42,498 bases of DNA from Chitinophagales bacterium (GTDB lineage Bacteria > Bacteroidota > Bacteroidia > Chitinophagales > UBA10324). Location: assembly GCA_039920305.1 (NCBI GenBank), contig JBDSEA010000230.1, forward strand, positions 1 to 42,498. The letters run 5' to 3'. The notes under the pieces are model-generated. The model made no database searches. It saw only the letters and a program-made list of their open reading frames with translations, and had not been told where the DNA came from. The translations under genes were made by a program, and so were the position numbers. Of the stretch, positions 1-10,194 are shown piece by piece; position 1 is the stretch's first letter; each line of letters opens with the position of its first letter.

Positions 1-30
1 TCATAAGCAGGTATTTTCTACATGATCTTT

Positions 31-38
31 CAAATTTA
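31..38 (-). promoter_or_regulatory. Bacteroidota sigma70 -7 element (TAAATTTG), probably for a divergent gene starting at the window edge
   Basis: The reverse complement of 31-38 is TAAATTTG, matching TAnnTTTG. A minus-strand ATG (cat at 2-4) lies 26 nt downstream, but the gene itself is outside the window. Confidence 0.4.
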
Positions 39-372
39 CTGTATTTAGTTGTAATTAAATAGGGTTACGTGAAAATATATATTAAGTTACATAATTATTG
101 AATTCAGGGGCAGAAAATTCATTTCAGTGTAACTTTCACAGGTAAGCAGCTGTTAAAAAAAAATTCCTTAATTGCTGAATACTTCGGCATTCTCATAAAG
201 CACTGATTCAAATTCCCGGCGAGTGATCACAATACAGAAACTGATGTCATCACGGGATTACGATTCCACGCATGCAATGTGAAAAAAATTTGAACAAATT
301 CAATTATGGAAATAGAAACGATGTACTTTCGAAACCGTAAAACTTTTTCTAACATAAAAAAACCAAAACAAA

Positions 373-1140
373 ATGAAAAGAAACTTCTACAGAAATTTAT
401 TAACCATTGCCGTGCTGTTCATCATTACTACAGCTCAGGCACAGGTTACTGTCGACTACCAGGTTGACATTAATACATGGCTGGCAGGGGGCGGAACACT
501 TGCAGTAGGCGGAATGCGTGTTGGCGGTACCTTCGATGACCGCGGCGCTACACTTACCAACGGCGATACTATTCCTAACTGGACACCCAGTTCTGACAGA
601 TGTGCAATGATGGATATCGGAGGTAATGTGTGGAGCATCATTATCGAATATCCCGATTCCTCTATTGGAAAACAACAGGATTGGAAATTTGTAAACGGAG
701 ACTGGGGTGGTGATGAAGGTCAGTCGGGTATAACACAACTCGACTCTACCTGTGGTATTGGGAATGGTTACGGAGGATTTAACCGGTTCATCATTGTTCC
801 TTCTGAGAATTCTGTTTACCATGGAAATTTTGATGAGTGCGGTACTCTAACACCTACTGGCATATCAACCGTTCAAACCGGCGGTGCATCTCTGGATGTT
901 TATCCTAATCCGGCAAATGAATTTACCCAGGTTACTTACAAGCTTACATCGAATGATAACGTAGTGGTTACCCTGCGCGGCTTTACCGGAGAAATATTAG
1001 AAACTCTTGTGAATAAACCTCAGGTTCCGGGCGCCTACTCATTCAATCTTAATACCGGTGATCTTGCCAGTGGAATGTATTTCGTGCAAATCAATGCAGG
1101 TGGTGTGACTTTCGATAAGCGTTTTGTTGTAAACCGCTAA
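373..1140 (+). CDS. Secreted protein with a putative starch/carbohydrate-binding beta-sandwich and a T9SS C-terminal sorting domain
   Basis: Signal peptide ends AQA|Q. The pattern VTVDYQVD...GMRVGGTF...NWTP...MMDIGGNVWSI...WKFVNGDWG resembles CBM20/CBM48-like modules. The C-terminus VYPNPA...LASGMYFVQI...KRFVVNR is a type A T9SS CTD. Confidence 0.75.
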   Translation: MKRNFYRNLLTIAVLFIITTAQAQVTVDYQVDINTWLAGGGTLAVGGMRVGGTFDDRGATLTNGDTIPNWTPSSDRCAMMDIGGNVWSIIIEYPDSSIGKQQDWKFVNGDWGGDEGQSGITQLDSTCGIGNGYGGFNRFIIVPSENSVYHGNFDECGTLTPTGISTVQTGGASLDVYPNPANEFTQVTYKLTSNDNVVVTLRGFTGEILETLVNKPQVPGAYSFNLNTGDLASGMYFVQINAGGVTFDKRFVVNR

Positions 1141-1162
1141 TCAGATTTTATTTGAAAAAAAT

Positions 1163-1195
1163 AAAGGCCCCGCTTAACCGGCGGGGTCTTTTTTT
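1163..1195 (+). terminator. Rho-independent terminator
   Basis: Stem aaaggccccgc / gcggggtcttt with a 7-nt loop, followed by a T-tract, just after the stop at 1140. Confidence 0.85.
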
Positions 1196-1255
1196 ATCTT
1201 ATTTATTTTAGCATTTTAAATTTTTCATTCCTGATATAATCATCCCACGGCTACC

Positions 1256-4072
1256 ATGAAAAAATTCTTCATCACCAGCATTACATTCATCATTGTCTTC
1301 ATTACGGGCAGCTTCGCACAGGTAGTGTGGACCAATCCCATTTTTCCTGTAGCCACAGGCAGTGTCACTATTTATTTTGATGCAACGCAGGGTAATGCCG
1401 GCCTGACAAATTACACCGGTGATGTATACATTTTTACCGGCGTGATTACCAACCTGAGCTCCGGGCCGGGTGACTGGAAGCATGTAAACATGACATGGGG
1501 CAGCGGTGATGTCACATATAAAATGACCTCTCTTGGCAATCATATTTATTCATATTACATCGCTGATATCAACAGCTTTTACGGAGTTTCCGGAACTGAA
1601 GTTATTGAACAGCTTGCACTTTTGTTTACCAATAATGATGGGAGCATTGCAGGAAGAGGAACAGGCAACACCGATATTTTCTATGATGTGTGGGATGGTG
1701 TTTCCCTGCAAATAAAAATTTTGAGCCCGGATATTTCACCCTATTTCGTGAACCTGAATGATGTGGTAAATTTCATTACTGTTACTTCCCTGAATTCAAC
1801 AATTACCCTGTACCAGAATAATAATTATGTTACACAATATTCAAACACGGATTCGGTCAATTATAATTTTATGGCCTCAGCCTACGGAACAACCCTCATT
1901 GAAGTTATTGCTGATGATGGAAATTCCCAGGTGTCAGACTCATTTTCCTATATCGTTAATCATCCGGTAACCATTGCCCCGCTGCCGGCAGGGACTGATG
2001 TTGGAATCAATTACATCAATGATTCCACTGTTACGCTCGTACTTGTTGCTCCGAACAAGCAGAATGTGTATGCAATTGGTGATTTCAGCAACTGGCTGGT
2101 AAATGACTCGAACTATATGAATCTTACTCCGGATGGAAATGACTGGTGGGTGACGCTGACTCATCTTACACCGCAGCAGGAATACCGCTATCAGTATCTG
2201 GTGGATGGGAATATTTACATCGCTGATCCATACACTGACAAAATACTTGATCCCGGAAATGATCCATACATTTCTTCTTCTACTTATCCGGATTTAATTG
2301 CCTATCCTGACGGTCAGGCTACCGGCAATGTCTCAATCTTTCAAACCGCCCAGCCTGATTATATGTGGCAGGATACAGGTTATGTGAAACCGGCACAAAC
2401 AAATCTGATTATTTATGAGCTTCTGATACGTGATTTTATCGGAGCTCATGATTACAAGACTCTGATGGATACACTTAGCTATTTAAAAACGCTCGGAGTG
2501 AATGCAATCGAGCTCATGCCAGTCACAGAGTTCAGCGGAAACAGCAGCTGGGGTTATAATCCTATTTTCTGTTTCGCTCCTGATAAATACTACGGTCCTA
2601 AAAACGATCTGAAAACATTTATTGATCTATGTCATCAAAATAGCATGGCGGTGATTCAGGATATTGTTTTGAACCAGGCAGATGATGCATCACCAATGTG
2701 CCAGTTGTACTGGGATGCTGCAAACTCCCAGCCTGCTGCTGATAATCCATGGTTGAACCAGTCAGCCCCGCATCCTTTCAGCGTATTCAATGATTTCAAT
2801 CATGAGAGCAGCTATACTCAAAAGTATGTGGATGATGTGTTAAAATACTGGGTAACGGAATACCATATGGATGGATACAGATTTGATCTTTCCAAAGGCT
2901 TTACACAATTCTATTCTGGAGGTAACGTGGATCTGTGGAGCCAGTATGATCAGTCACGCATTAATAACCTCGAGCGCATAGCTGATCAGATATGGAATGT
3001 TGATCCCACTACCTATCTCATTCTCGAGCACTTCGCATATGATAATGAGGAGCAGGTACTTTCTTCTTATTCTAATGGCTTCATGCTTTGGGATAACGTT
3101 GCATATTCCTATGAGCAGAGCGCCATGGGTTATTCCGATGGCTCTGATATTTCACGAATCTCACATATTGCTCATGGCTTCACACAACCGCATGCCGTTG
3201 GCTACATGGAAAGTCATGATGAAGAGCGCATGATGTATAAAGAAGTGACTTATGGCAATTCGAATGGAAGCTATAGTGTAAAACCGCTTGATTCAGCACT
3301 CAGCAGGATGAAGCAGGCTGCCTGTTTTTTCTTTCCCGTCCCGGGACCTAAAATGATTTATGAATTTGAAGAACTGGGCTATGATTATTCTATTTCCTAT
3401 GGCGGCGGAAATACCGATCCCAAGCCCATCCGCTGGGATTACCTGCAGTATAATCCGCGTTTATTGCTTTATAAGTTTTTTTCTGCGCTCATCGCTTTGA
3501 AAAAGCAGTATTCTGTATTTCAAACAGGAACAATCTACACAGATGCCGGGAACCTGTATAAAAGCATAAGGCTGACGGATGCAACCATGCAGGCAACCAT
3601 ACTTGGTAACTTCGACATTGTTACGGCCGATGTAATTCCCTACTTCCTCAATACCGGAAAATGGTATGAATTCATCACCGGTGATTCAATTACCGTGAGC
3701 GATCTGTATGCACCAATCAATATGAAGCCTGGTGAGTACCGGCTTTACACAAGTCTAAAACTACAGCAGCCTGATCTCGGTAATGTCGGAATAGATGACC
3801 CGGGAATATTAGCCGGGATGCAGTTGCAATGTTTCCCCAATCCTGTGAATGAGATTGCTACGCTTGACTTTTATGTTCCAGAATCAGGTGATGTGAGGCT
3901 GGAGCTGTTCGATTTAAGTGGCAAGAAATTAAAAACCATTGCCAGCAAATCATTTATCCCGGGTTGGTACACGGTAAATGTTTTTGTGAACGATCTTCAG
4001 AATGGAATCTATACCTGCAAACTTTCCTGCGATGGAATGCAGAAAGTTTTAAAGGTAGAGGTACAAAGATGA
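1256..4072 (+). CDS. GH13 alpha-amylase-family glycoside hydrolase with a CBM48-like module and T9SS CTD
   Basis: Signal peptide SFA|Q; IIYELLIRDF; LGVNAIELMP; WGYNP. Catalytic motifs DGYRFD, ILEH and SHDEER are present. C-terminal FPNPV...NGIYTCKL CTD. Confidence 0.92.
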   Translation: MKKFFITSITFIIVFITGSFAQVVWTNPIFPVATGSVTIYFDATQGNAGLTNYTGDVYIFTGVITNLSSGPGDWKHVNMTWGSGDVTYKMTSLGNHIYSYYIADINSFYGVSGTEVIEQLALLFTNNDGSIAGRGTGNTDIFYDVWDGVSLQIKILSPDISPYFVNLNDVVNFITVTSLNSTITLYQNNNYVTQYSNTDSVNYNFMASAYGTTLIEVIADDGNSQVSDSFSYIVNHPVTIAPLPAGTDVGINYINDSTVTLVLVAPNKQNVYAIGDFSNWLVNDSNYMNLTPDGNDWWVTLTHLTPQQEYRYQYLVDGNIYIADPYTDKILDPGNDPYISSSTYPDLIAYPDGQATGNVSIFQTAQPDYMWQDTGYVKPAQTNLIIYELLIRDFIGAHDYKTLMDTLSYLKTLGVNAIELMPVTEFSGNSSWGYNPIFCFAPDKYYGPKNDLKTFIDLCHQNSMAVIQDIVLNQADDASPMCQLYWDAANSQPAADNPWLNQSAPHPFSVFNDFNHESSYTQKYVDDVLKYWVTEYHMDGYRFDLSKGFTQFYSGGNVDLWSQYDQSRINNLERIADQIWNVDPTTYLILEHFAYDNEEQVLSSYSNGFMLWDNVAYSYEQSAMGYSDGSDISRISHIAHGFTQPHAVGYMESHDEERMMYKEVTYGNSNGSYSVKPLDSALSRMKQAACFFFPVPGPKMIYEFEELGYDYSISYGGGNTDPKPIRWDYLQYNPRLLLYKFFSALIALKKQYSVFQTGTIYTDAGNLYKSIRLTDATMQATILGNFDIVTADVIPYFLNTGKWYEFITGDSITVSDLYAPINMKPGEYRLYTSLKLQQPDLGNVGIDDPGILAGMQLQCFPNPVNEIATLDFYVPESGDVRLELFDLSGKKLKTIASKSFIPGWYTVNVFVNDLQNGIYTCKLSCDGMQKVLKVEVQR

Positions 4073-4431
4073 CTTTCAATCCCGGTTCATTCTTCAAAAT
4101 CCTGAATTAACGTAACATTTGCAGGTAAAGCAAATAACAATGCTTTTTTTTCATATCTGCTAATTCGCGATTCATTTCTAAAGAGATCTGATTTACTCAC
4201 TGAAATACCTATGTGTCTCTGAATCAGGATCATCAGGCTGGCGTAAGGAAAAATTCAACAGCTTGTTAAATTTTTATTCTGCCGGAGTCAAAATTTTGAT
4301 CCAATGTGTGCATCACGCCTGATTCTGCAGAAATTTATATTACTCCTGTCAACAGTCATCTATCACACCACACTCATCACTTCTTGTTCATTCACATTCA
4401 ATATTATCTTTACCGCTATTTAAAACATCCA

Positions 4432-5418
4432 ATGGAGCTCCGAAAAATCCCTTTCCGCCAGGCACTGCGAGAAGCCATGCAGGAAGAAATGCGCCGTGAT
4501 GAATCCATTTTTCTCATGGGTGAAGAGGTTGCCGAATACAATGGTGCCTACAAAGTGAGCCAGGGGATGATGGATGAATTCGGCGAGCGAAGAGTCATTG
4601 ATACACCCATCAGCGAGCTTGGATTTGCAGGAATAGGAGTGGGGGCAGCGATGAATGGACTGCGACCGATCATTGAATTCATGACCTGGAATTTTGCAGT
4701 ACTTGCTTTCGATCAGATCGTAAATTCTGCCTCAAAGATGCTCAGCATGAGCGGAGGACAAATCAACATGCCCATCGTTTTCCGCGGACCCTCTGGTGCA
4801 GCCGGTCAGCTTGGCGGACAGCACTCACAAAGCTTCGAAAGCTGGATGGCAAATCTTCCTGGAGTTAAAGTCATCTCAGTTTCCAATCCATACGATGCAA
4901 AAGGATTACTCAAAAGCGCTATCCGGGATAATGATCCGGTTTGTTTTTTCGAGAGCGAGGTGATGTATGGTGATGTAGGTGAAGTTCCTGAAGAGCATTA
5001 CCTCATTCCAATAGGTAAAGCAAGCATCGTTCGCGAAGGAACAGATGTAACCATTGTTTCTTTCAATAAGATGATGAAGATTGCCAATGCAGCTGCTGAA
5101 GAACTCGCGAAAGAAAATATCAGCGCTGAGGTAATTGACCTGCGTACCATCCGGCCACTCGATTTTCCTGCGCTGGTTGAATCAATCATGAAAACAAACC
5201 GAATGGTGGTACTTGAAGAAGCCTGGCCATTCGGCTCAGTAGCATCTGAAATAACTTTTCAAATTCAGAAGCATGCATTCGATTACCTCGATGCACCTGT
5301 GCGGCGCGTAACCACCACGGATACCTCCATTGCTTATTCTCCAACACTGGTTAGTGCGTTCATGCCCAATACTGCAAAAGTGATTAAGGCGGTGAAGGAT
5401 GTGATGTACCTCAATTGA
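4432..5418 (+). CDS. pdhB: Pyruvate dehydrogenase E1 beta subunit
   Basis: Motifs GEEVAEYNGAYKVS, DTPISELGFAG, EFMTWNF, GQHSQ and IDLRTIRPLD. The start was moved from 4306 to the ATG at 4432, where similarity begins, downstream of a TATCTTTA -7-like box. Confidence 0.95.
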   Translation: MELRKIPFRQALREAMQEEMRRDESIFLMGEEVAEYNGAYKVSQGMMDEFGERRVIDTPISELGFAGIGVGAAMNGLRPIIEFMTWNFAVLAFDQIVNSASKMLSMSGGQINMPIVFRGPSGAAGQLGGQHSQSFESWMANLPGVKVISVSNPYDAKGLLKSAIRDNDPVCFFESEVMYGDVGEVPEEHYLIPIGKASIVREGTDVTIVSFNKMMKIANAAAEELAKENISAEVIDLRTIRPLDFPALVESIMKTNRMVVLEEAWPFGSVASEITFQIQKHAFDYLDAPVRRVTTTDTSIAYSPTLVSAFMPNTAKVIKAVKDVMYLN

Positions 5419-5450
5419 TAGCAACAGTTTTATCATTTGCTGGAAACTGT

Positions 5451-5648
5451 TTAAAGATTATTATTTCCTGACCGGAGAAGAATAATCAAACACACCAGCG
5501 CAACACCCACTCCGATTCCGCAGGTGATCAGCGTAACCACGTGAATTGCACGCACACCTTCACTTTCGGTGATACGGGTATAATTTCCCAGGCTGAGTAT
5601 TGCGACTACAAGCCCGATGGCAAGACCGCGAGAAGGGGTTTTTTTCAT
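5451..5648 (-). CDS. Small hypothetical membrane protein (2 predicted TM helices)
   Basis: 65 aa with an MKK start and two hydrophobic stretches; co-oriented with the upstream VOC genes. Confidence 0.7.
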   Translation of the reverse strand: MKKTPSRGLAIGLVVAILSLGNYTRITESEGVRAIHVVTLITCGIGVGVALVCLIILLRSGNNNL

Positions 5649-5716
5649 AGCCTTTTCAATATAAATTCTGGGGTGATTTTATTATCCTTAAAATCAGGGT
5701 GACCATTTTTCAATCC

Positions 5717-6100
5717 TTAATTCAGAGAATGCAGTGCAACACTATTACCTTCGGTATCAAGGAAGAATGCCATGAATCCCATCGAGTCACCCAGGCTTGT
5801 TTTGGGCATGGTGATTTTCCCTCCGGCAGCTTCAACTCTGCTCAGGGCATCGGCGAGATCGGGGTCACCATTAAAATAAATCTTCGCTCCATCCGTGCTT
5901 GGCTTATGCATTTTACTTTGCACAATAGCGCCTGAAACCTTTCCGCTTTCCCTTTCAGAAGGGAACATGGCCATTTCCATCCCTATCATTTGAATTACTT
6001 CAAGCTTAATATTAAAAACAGCTTCGTAGAACCTTCGGGCCCGCATGATGTTTTCAACAGAAATTTCAAACCAGTTAATGATGTTTGCTTTAGCATCCAT
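5717..6100 (-). CDS. VOC (glyoxalase/bleomycin resistance) family protein
   Basis: INWFEI...RARRFYEAVF...VEAAGGKITMPKT...GFMAFFLDTEGNSVALHS. Confidence 0.92.
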   Translation of the reverse strand: MDAKANIINWFEISVENIMRARRFYEAVFNIKLEVIQMIGMEMAMFPSERESGKVSGAIVQSKMHKPSTDGAKIYFNGDPDLADALSRVEAAGGKITMPKTSLGDSMGFMAFFLDTEGNSVALHSLN

Positions 6101-6291
6101 GAGTTTTTTATATTTTTCGAAATGTAAGGAGTTGTTTTAATTCAAAGGACAAATACTATCAAAAATTATTTTTCAAACCTGATTCGTATCACATGAAATG
6201 AAATATTTTCGTTCAGGCGTCAATATATCCTGAGAGTGTCGGAGCATTAGTTTAGATTTAGGGGTTAATGAAACTTTTTTAAGGAGCAGTA

Positions 6292-6636
6292 TTATATTTT
6301 CATTTCCCCGTAGTAAACAGGTGTGCCGTCAGGATCAGTGAAGTTTGCAGTACGGATTGCCGTGGCTTCATTCACCTTGAAGTCAATTCCTTTTTCCTCC
6401 AGCATTTCAATGTAAGAATCAAGCTTATCTACAATAAATCCCACAGACATGTTGGTATCCTGTTTTTGAAATTGAGTGCTTGATGGATGAAGACCGAATT
6501 TGATGCCCGGGGCTGCAATTACAGCGTAACGATCTTCCCATCTCTTTTCCAGTTCAAATCCTAACTGATTGATATAGAAATCAATTGACCGGTTGATGTC
6601 TGTAACCATTATAGTCAGGTGAGTGTCTTTTATCAT
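6292..6636 (-). CDS. VOC family protein
   Basis: HLTIMVTDINRSIDFY...LGF...FTDPDGTPVYYGE. Confidence 0.88.
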   Translation of the reverse strand: MIKDTHLTIMVTDINRSIDFYINQLGFELEKRWEDRYAVIAAPGIKFGLHPSSTQFQKQDTNMSVGFIVDKLDSYIEMLEEKGIDFKVNEATAIRTANFTDPDGTPVYYGEMKI

Positions 6637-6708
6637 TTAATTAAATATTCAGGTTATATCATGTCTGGTGTACTTTGACAAGTTTGATCAATTTATCAAA
6701 CAACCAAC

Positions 6709-9700
6709 TCATTTTACAGTAACAGTCTTTTTTACCGGGCCTGCATCTTTGACCTTTTGCTTTGTAGCTTGGGCAAGGTCAATTACGATCGGGGTTGCAA
6801 CAAAGATTGAGGAATAGGTTCCGAACAATACGCCGAGCAACAGTGCAAAGGAAAATCCGCGGATTACATCTCCGCCAAAAATGAACAGTATCAGAAGGAC
6901 CAGCAACACGGTAGAGGAGGTAATCACTGTCCGGTTCAATGTTTTATTAATGGCATCGTTTACCGTATGTTTCATATCACCCATAGGATGCTCACGCAGG
7001 AACTCACGTATCCTGTCAAATACTATTACCGTATCCGCTACAGAATATCCCATCACAGTGAGTGCGGCAGCCACAAAGGTTTCATCTACTTCAAGGGTGA
7101 AGGGAACGATACCATGAAGAAGTGCGTATGCACCCATTACCATCAGAACATCATGTGTGAGAGAAATGATGGCACCGAGGGCAAATTGCCAGCGGCGAAA
7201 ACGCAGAAGAATGTAAAGGAAAATTCCGATTAGCGAAAAAATTATGGCTTTATAAGCACTATTCAGAATATCAGCAGAAATACTTGGCCCTACCACCTGC
7301 GAGCTCAGCTGGTATTTAGAAGTAAAGGTGTTATAGTCAACATTTGCAGGCAGGAATTTTTGCAATCCCTTATAAAGCATATTATTTACTGTACTATCCA
7401 TCAGTGAGGTGGACTCTTCAATTTTATAGCCTGTAGTAATTTTCATCTTATCATTCGAGCCATAGGTTTTCACTTCCGGAGCAATTCCAAAGTATTTGCC
7501 GAGTTCTTCCCTGATTTCCACAGTCGTAACTTTCTGGGGGAATTGCACCACGTATGATCTGCCTCCGCTGAAATCCACTCCATAATCAAAACCTCTTGTG
7601 ATGATGGCTATAATGCTAATGACCGCAAGCGTGGCCGAAAAAATATAAGCGTATTTCCTCTTATTAACGAATTGAATATTAAGATTTGATAAGTCGAAGC
7701 TGCTCAATCTTGTTGTGAACTTGATATCCTTACCACGCTTCATCCACCAGTCGAAAATTACATGTGCCATAAACACTGCAGTGAAAAGGGTAAGTACCAC
7801 ACCAATGTTCAGGGTAGTAGCGTAGCCAAGTACGGGTCCAAGGCCGAAGTAAGCGAGAATAATACCCGTAATAAGGGTAGTAAGGTGCGTATCAAATACT
7901 GCCGAATAAGATTTTATATGTCCATCATGCACTGCCCGTATCAGTCCCTTTCCCGCCCGTAATTCTTCTTTTATCCGTTCATGAATCAGCACATTCGCAT
8001 CAACGGCCATACCCATGGTAAGCACAATTCCGGCGATGCCTGATAAAGTGAGAGTAGCACCCAATGATGCAAGAACTCCGATAATGAAAAACAAGTTAAA
8101 AAGCAGGGCAATGTCAGCAATTACGCCTGACACATTATAATACAACAGCATAAATGCTATTACTGCGATAAATGCAATTACGATAGACCGGATTCCAGCC
8201 CTGATGGATTCCTGTCCAAGTGATGGACCTACTACATTCTCTGCAATAATTTTGGCGGGAGCAGGAAGCTTGCCGGCCTGCAAAATGTTTGCAAGATCTT
8301 TCGCCTCTTCCACAGTAAATGAACCCGTAATTGAAGACCTGCCTCCGGAGATTTCAGATTCCACCGTTGGAGCGGAGTAAACATAATTGTCGAGTACAAT
8401 GGCTATGTTTCCATTGTGTGCTTTCCCATCAGGATATTTACCATACAAGCCAATTTGTTTTGCTGTAAGATTCTTCCAGATTTTTGCACCCTCATTATTC
8501 ATTGTCATTGATACTTCCTGCTTGCCATTTGGATCAACATCCTGCCGCGATGCAATTACTTTATCACCCTCGAGCGGTGCCCGATCGGTCCCAACCTGTC
8601 TTTTTATTGCATACAACTGATATACATTCTGTTTCTCATCAAATGCCTTCGAGCCCCATAGGAACTTCACATCGCGGGGGAATCCCGACCTTACAAAGTC
8701 CATTGATAGGTAACGGTTAATTTTTGCGGTATCACTACCCTTTACCCATCCCACTACTGGACCCGGTGCAGGCTTCTGGGTATTATCATTGTCAACAAAA
8801 TAGGGTACCTGCAGGATGCTTCTTAAAGGATTGTCTCTTAAATCATCCGATTCGGAAGAAGAAGCTTTAGCTGCAGAATCAAGTTCCAAACCGGTGCTGT
8901 CATGATCACCTGATGCATTCATTAATGAAGTACTGTCATTGCCAAGCAGTGGATTAGATTCCGGTGCCGGCGTTTCCAATGGATTTCCCGGAGTCGTTTG
9001 CGACGTATCATTTACCGAAAGACGATTTTTCAGAGATGTATTCGCATTCATGATATAGGTGTAAAACATCTGGTTATCGTAGGTTTCCCAGAATTCCAAT
9101 ACAGCCGATGCCTGTAATAATTTGCGAACTCTTTTAGGATTATCAACCCCTGGAAGCTCTACTACGATTCGCCCGGCATTGGGCTGCGATGTGATGTTGG
9201 GCTGCGTTACGCCGAACTTATCAATACGGGAGCGAAGAATATTGAAGGTGCGGTCAAAGGCTCCCGTGGCCTCAGTGCGAATGAAACGGGTTACATCTTC
9301 ATTGGTGGACGTCAGCTTGATGCGATCCTGATTATTTCTTGTCGCGAAAATGCGTGCGAGCTTATCGCTGGGTGAGGTTTCAATCCATGACTGCTCAAAA
9401 AGTGTAGCGAAGTCAGCCTGGGGCTGTGCTATCTGTTTCTTCTTTGCAAGATCAAGTGCTTTGATAAAGGCAGGATCAGAGCTGTTATCGGCAAGTGCCT
9501 TCACCAGATCATCCATCCCTACCTGAAGAACAACGTTCATCCCTCCCTGGAGATCGAGACCAAGGTTTAGCTGCTGATCCTTGCAATCCTGGTACGTAAA
9601 ATTCGCGATGCCGATATTGAACACTTCCTCATTTGAAACAGAATCCAGATAATGCTGACGTGCCATTCGTATAGCAGTGATAACTGTATCAGGAAGATCC

Positions 9701-9849
9701 TGATTGAGCTTGCCTTTCAGCACATTGGCTTCGGCTATTTCATCTGCGCGATTTTCAATGCGGCTTGTTACTACATTAAATGAAAGCTGATAAATACAAA
9801 TCAGGATAAGTGCAATAGAGAAAAATATGATGAGGCCTTTTCCGCGCAT
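6709..9849 (-). CDS. secDF: Fused protein translocase subunit SecDF
   Basis: SecD half: LGLDLQGG, RIDKFGVTQP, GMAVDANVLI. SecF half: GVDFSGG, HDV, DTVIVFDRIRE, GTYSSIFVATP. Confidence 0.97.
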   Translation of the reverse strand: MRGKGLIIFFSIALILICIYQLSFNVVTSRIENRADEIAEANVLKGKLNQDLPDTVITAIRMARQHYLDSVSNEEVFNIGIANFTYQDCKDQQLNLGLDLQGGMNVVLQVGMDDLVKALADNSSDPAFIKALDLAKKKQIAQPQADFATLFEQSWIETSPSDKLARIFATRNNQDRIKLTSTNEDVTRFIRTEATGAFDRTFNILRSRIDKFGVTQPNITSQPNAGRIVVELPGVDNPKRVRKLLQASAVLEFWETYDNQMFYTYIMNANTSLKNRLSVNDTSQTTPGNPLETPAPESNPLLGNDSTSLMNASGDHDSTGLELDSAAKASSSESDDLRDNPLRSILQVPYFVDNDNTQKPAPGPVVGWVKGSDTAKINRYLSMDFVRSGFPRDVKFLWGSKAFDEKQNVYQLYAIKRQVGTDRAPLEGDKVIASRQDVDPNGKQEVSMTMNNEGAKIWKNLTAKQIGLYGKYPDGKAHNGNIAIVLDNYVYSAPTVESEISGGRSSITGSFTVEEAKDLANILQAGKLPAPAKIIAENVVGPSLGQESIRAGIRSIVIAFIAVIAFMLLYYNVSGVIADIALLFNLFFIIGVLASLGATLTLSGIAGIVLTMGMAVDANVLIHERIKEELRAGKGLIRAVHDGHIKSYSAVFDTHLTTLITGIILAYFGLGPVLGYATTLNIGVVLTLFTAVFMAHVIFDWWMKRGKDIKFTTRLSSFDLSNLNIQFVNKRKYAYIFSATLAVISIIAIITRGFDYGVDFSGGRSYVVQFPQKVTTVEIREELGKYFGIAPEVKTYGSNDKMKITTGYKIEESTSLMDSTVNNMLYKGLQKFLPANVDYNTFTSKYQLSSQVVGPSISADILNSAYKAIIFSLIGIFLYILLRFRRWQFALGAIISLTHDVLMVMGAYALLHGIVPFTLEVDETFVAAALTVMGYSVADTVIVFDRIREFLREHPMGDMKHTVNDAINKTLNRTVITSSTVLLVLLILFIFGGDVIRGFSFALLLGVLFGTYSSIFVATPIVIDLAQATKQKVKDAGPVKKTVTVK

Positions 9850-9886
9850 GTTGGGGTGGAGATTATGTTTGAATTAAAACGGGTCG

Positions 9887-9894
9887 CAAATATA
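9887..9894 (-). promoter_or_regulatory. -7 promoter element for secDF (TATATTTG)
   Basis: Exact TAnnTTTG match 37 nt upstream of the secDF ATG. Confidence 0.7.
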
Positions 9895-10194
9895 AAAAGA
9901 GTTAGGGAGTGCGGGAAACAAGTTTACAATTCAAGCTTTGTAATTCAAGCAGAATTCATCCTTAATGATCATGATAAATCTTTACCTCTCTGTTTTTTGG
10001 TTGGGTTGGTTTATCCTCGTTTCTCAGGTCAAAACTGCAGGTTATTGTGGTTTTACGAAAATATTCCACGCAATTATTGAAGTGATGAATACGATGTGCT
10101 TGCAGAGCCTGTACTGAATTCGCAGGAAATGCATGAGGTTAAAGATTAATTGCGGATTTACTGAAATCTACTGATTTATTGACAAGCCTGCTGT

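Noticed and set aside
4306-4431. His-rich N-terminal extension of PdhB in the ORF track
   Set aside because: It comes from a low-complexity intergenic tract with a GTG start. PdhB similarity and a -7-like box point to the ATG at 4432.
4432-5418. pdhB without pdhA or pdhC
   Set aside because: Dispersed PDH genes are normal in Bacteroidota.
9856-10080. 74-aa plus-strand ORF between secDF and rlmI
   Set aside because: It overlaps the secDF promoter, starts at GTG and shows no recognisable motif; probably spurious.
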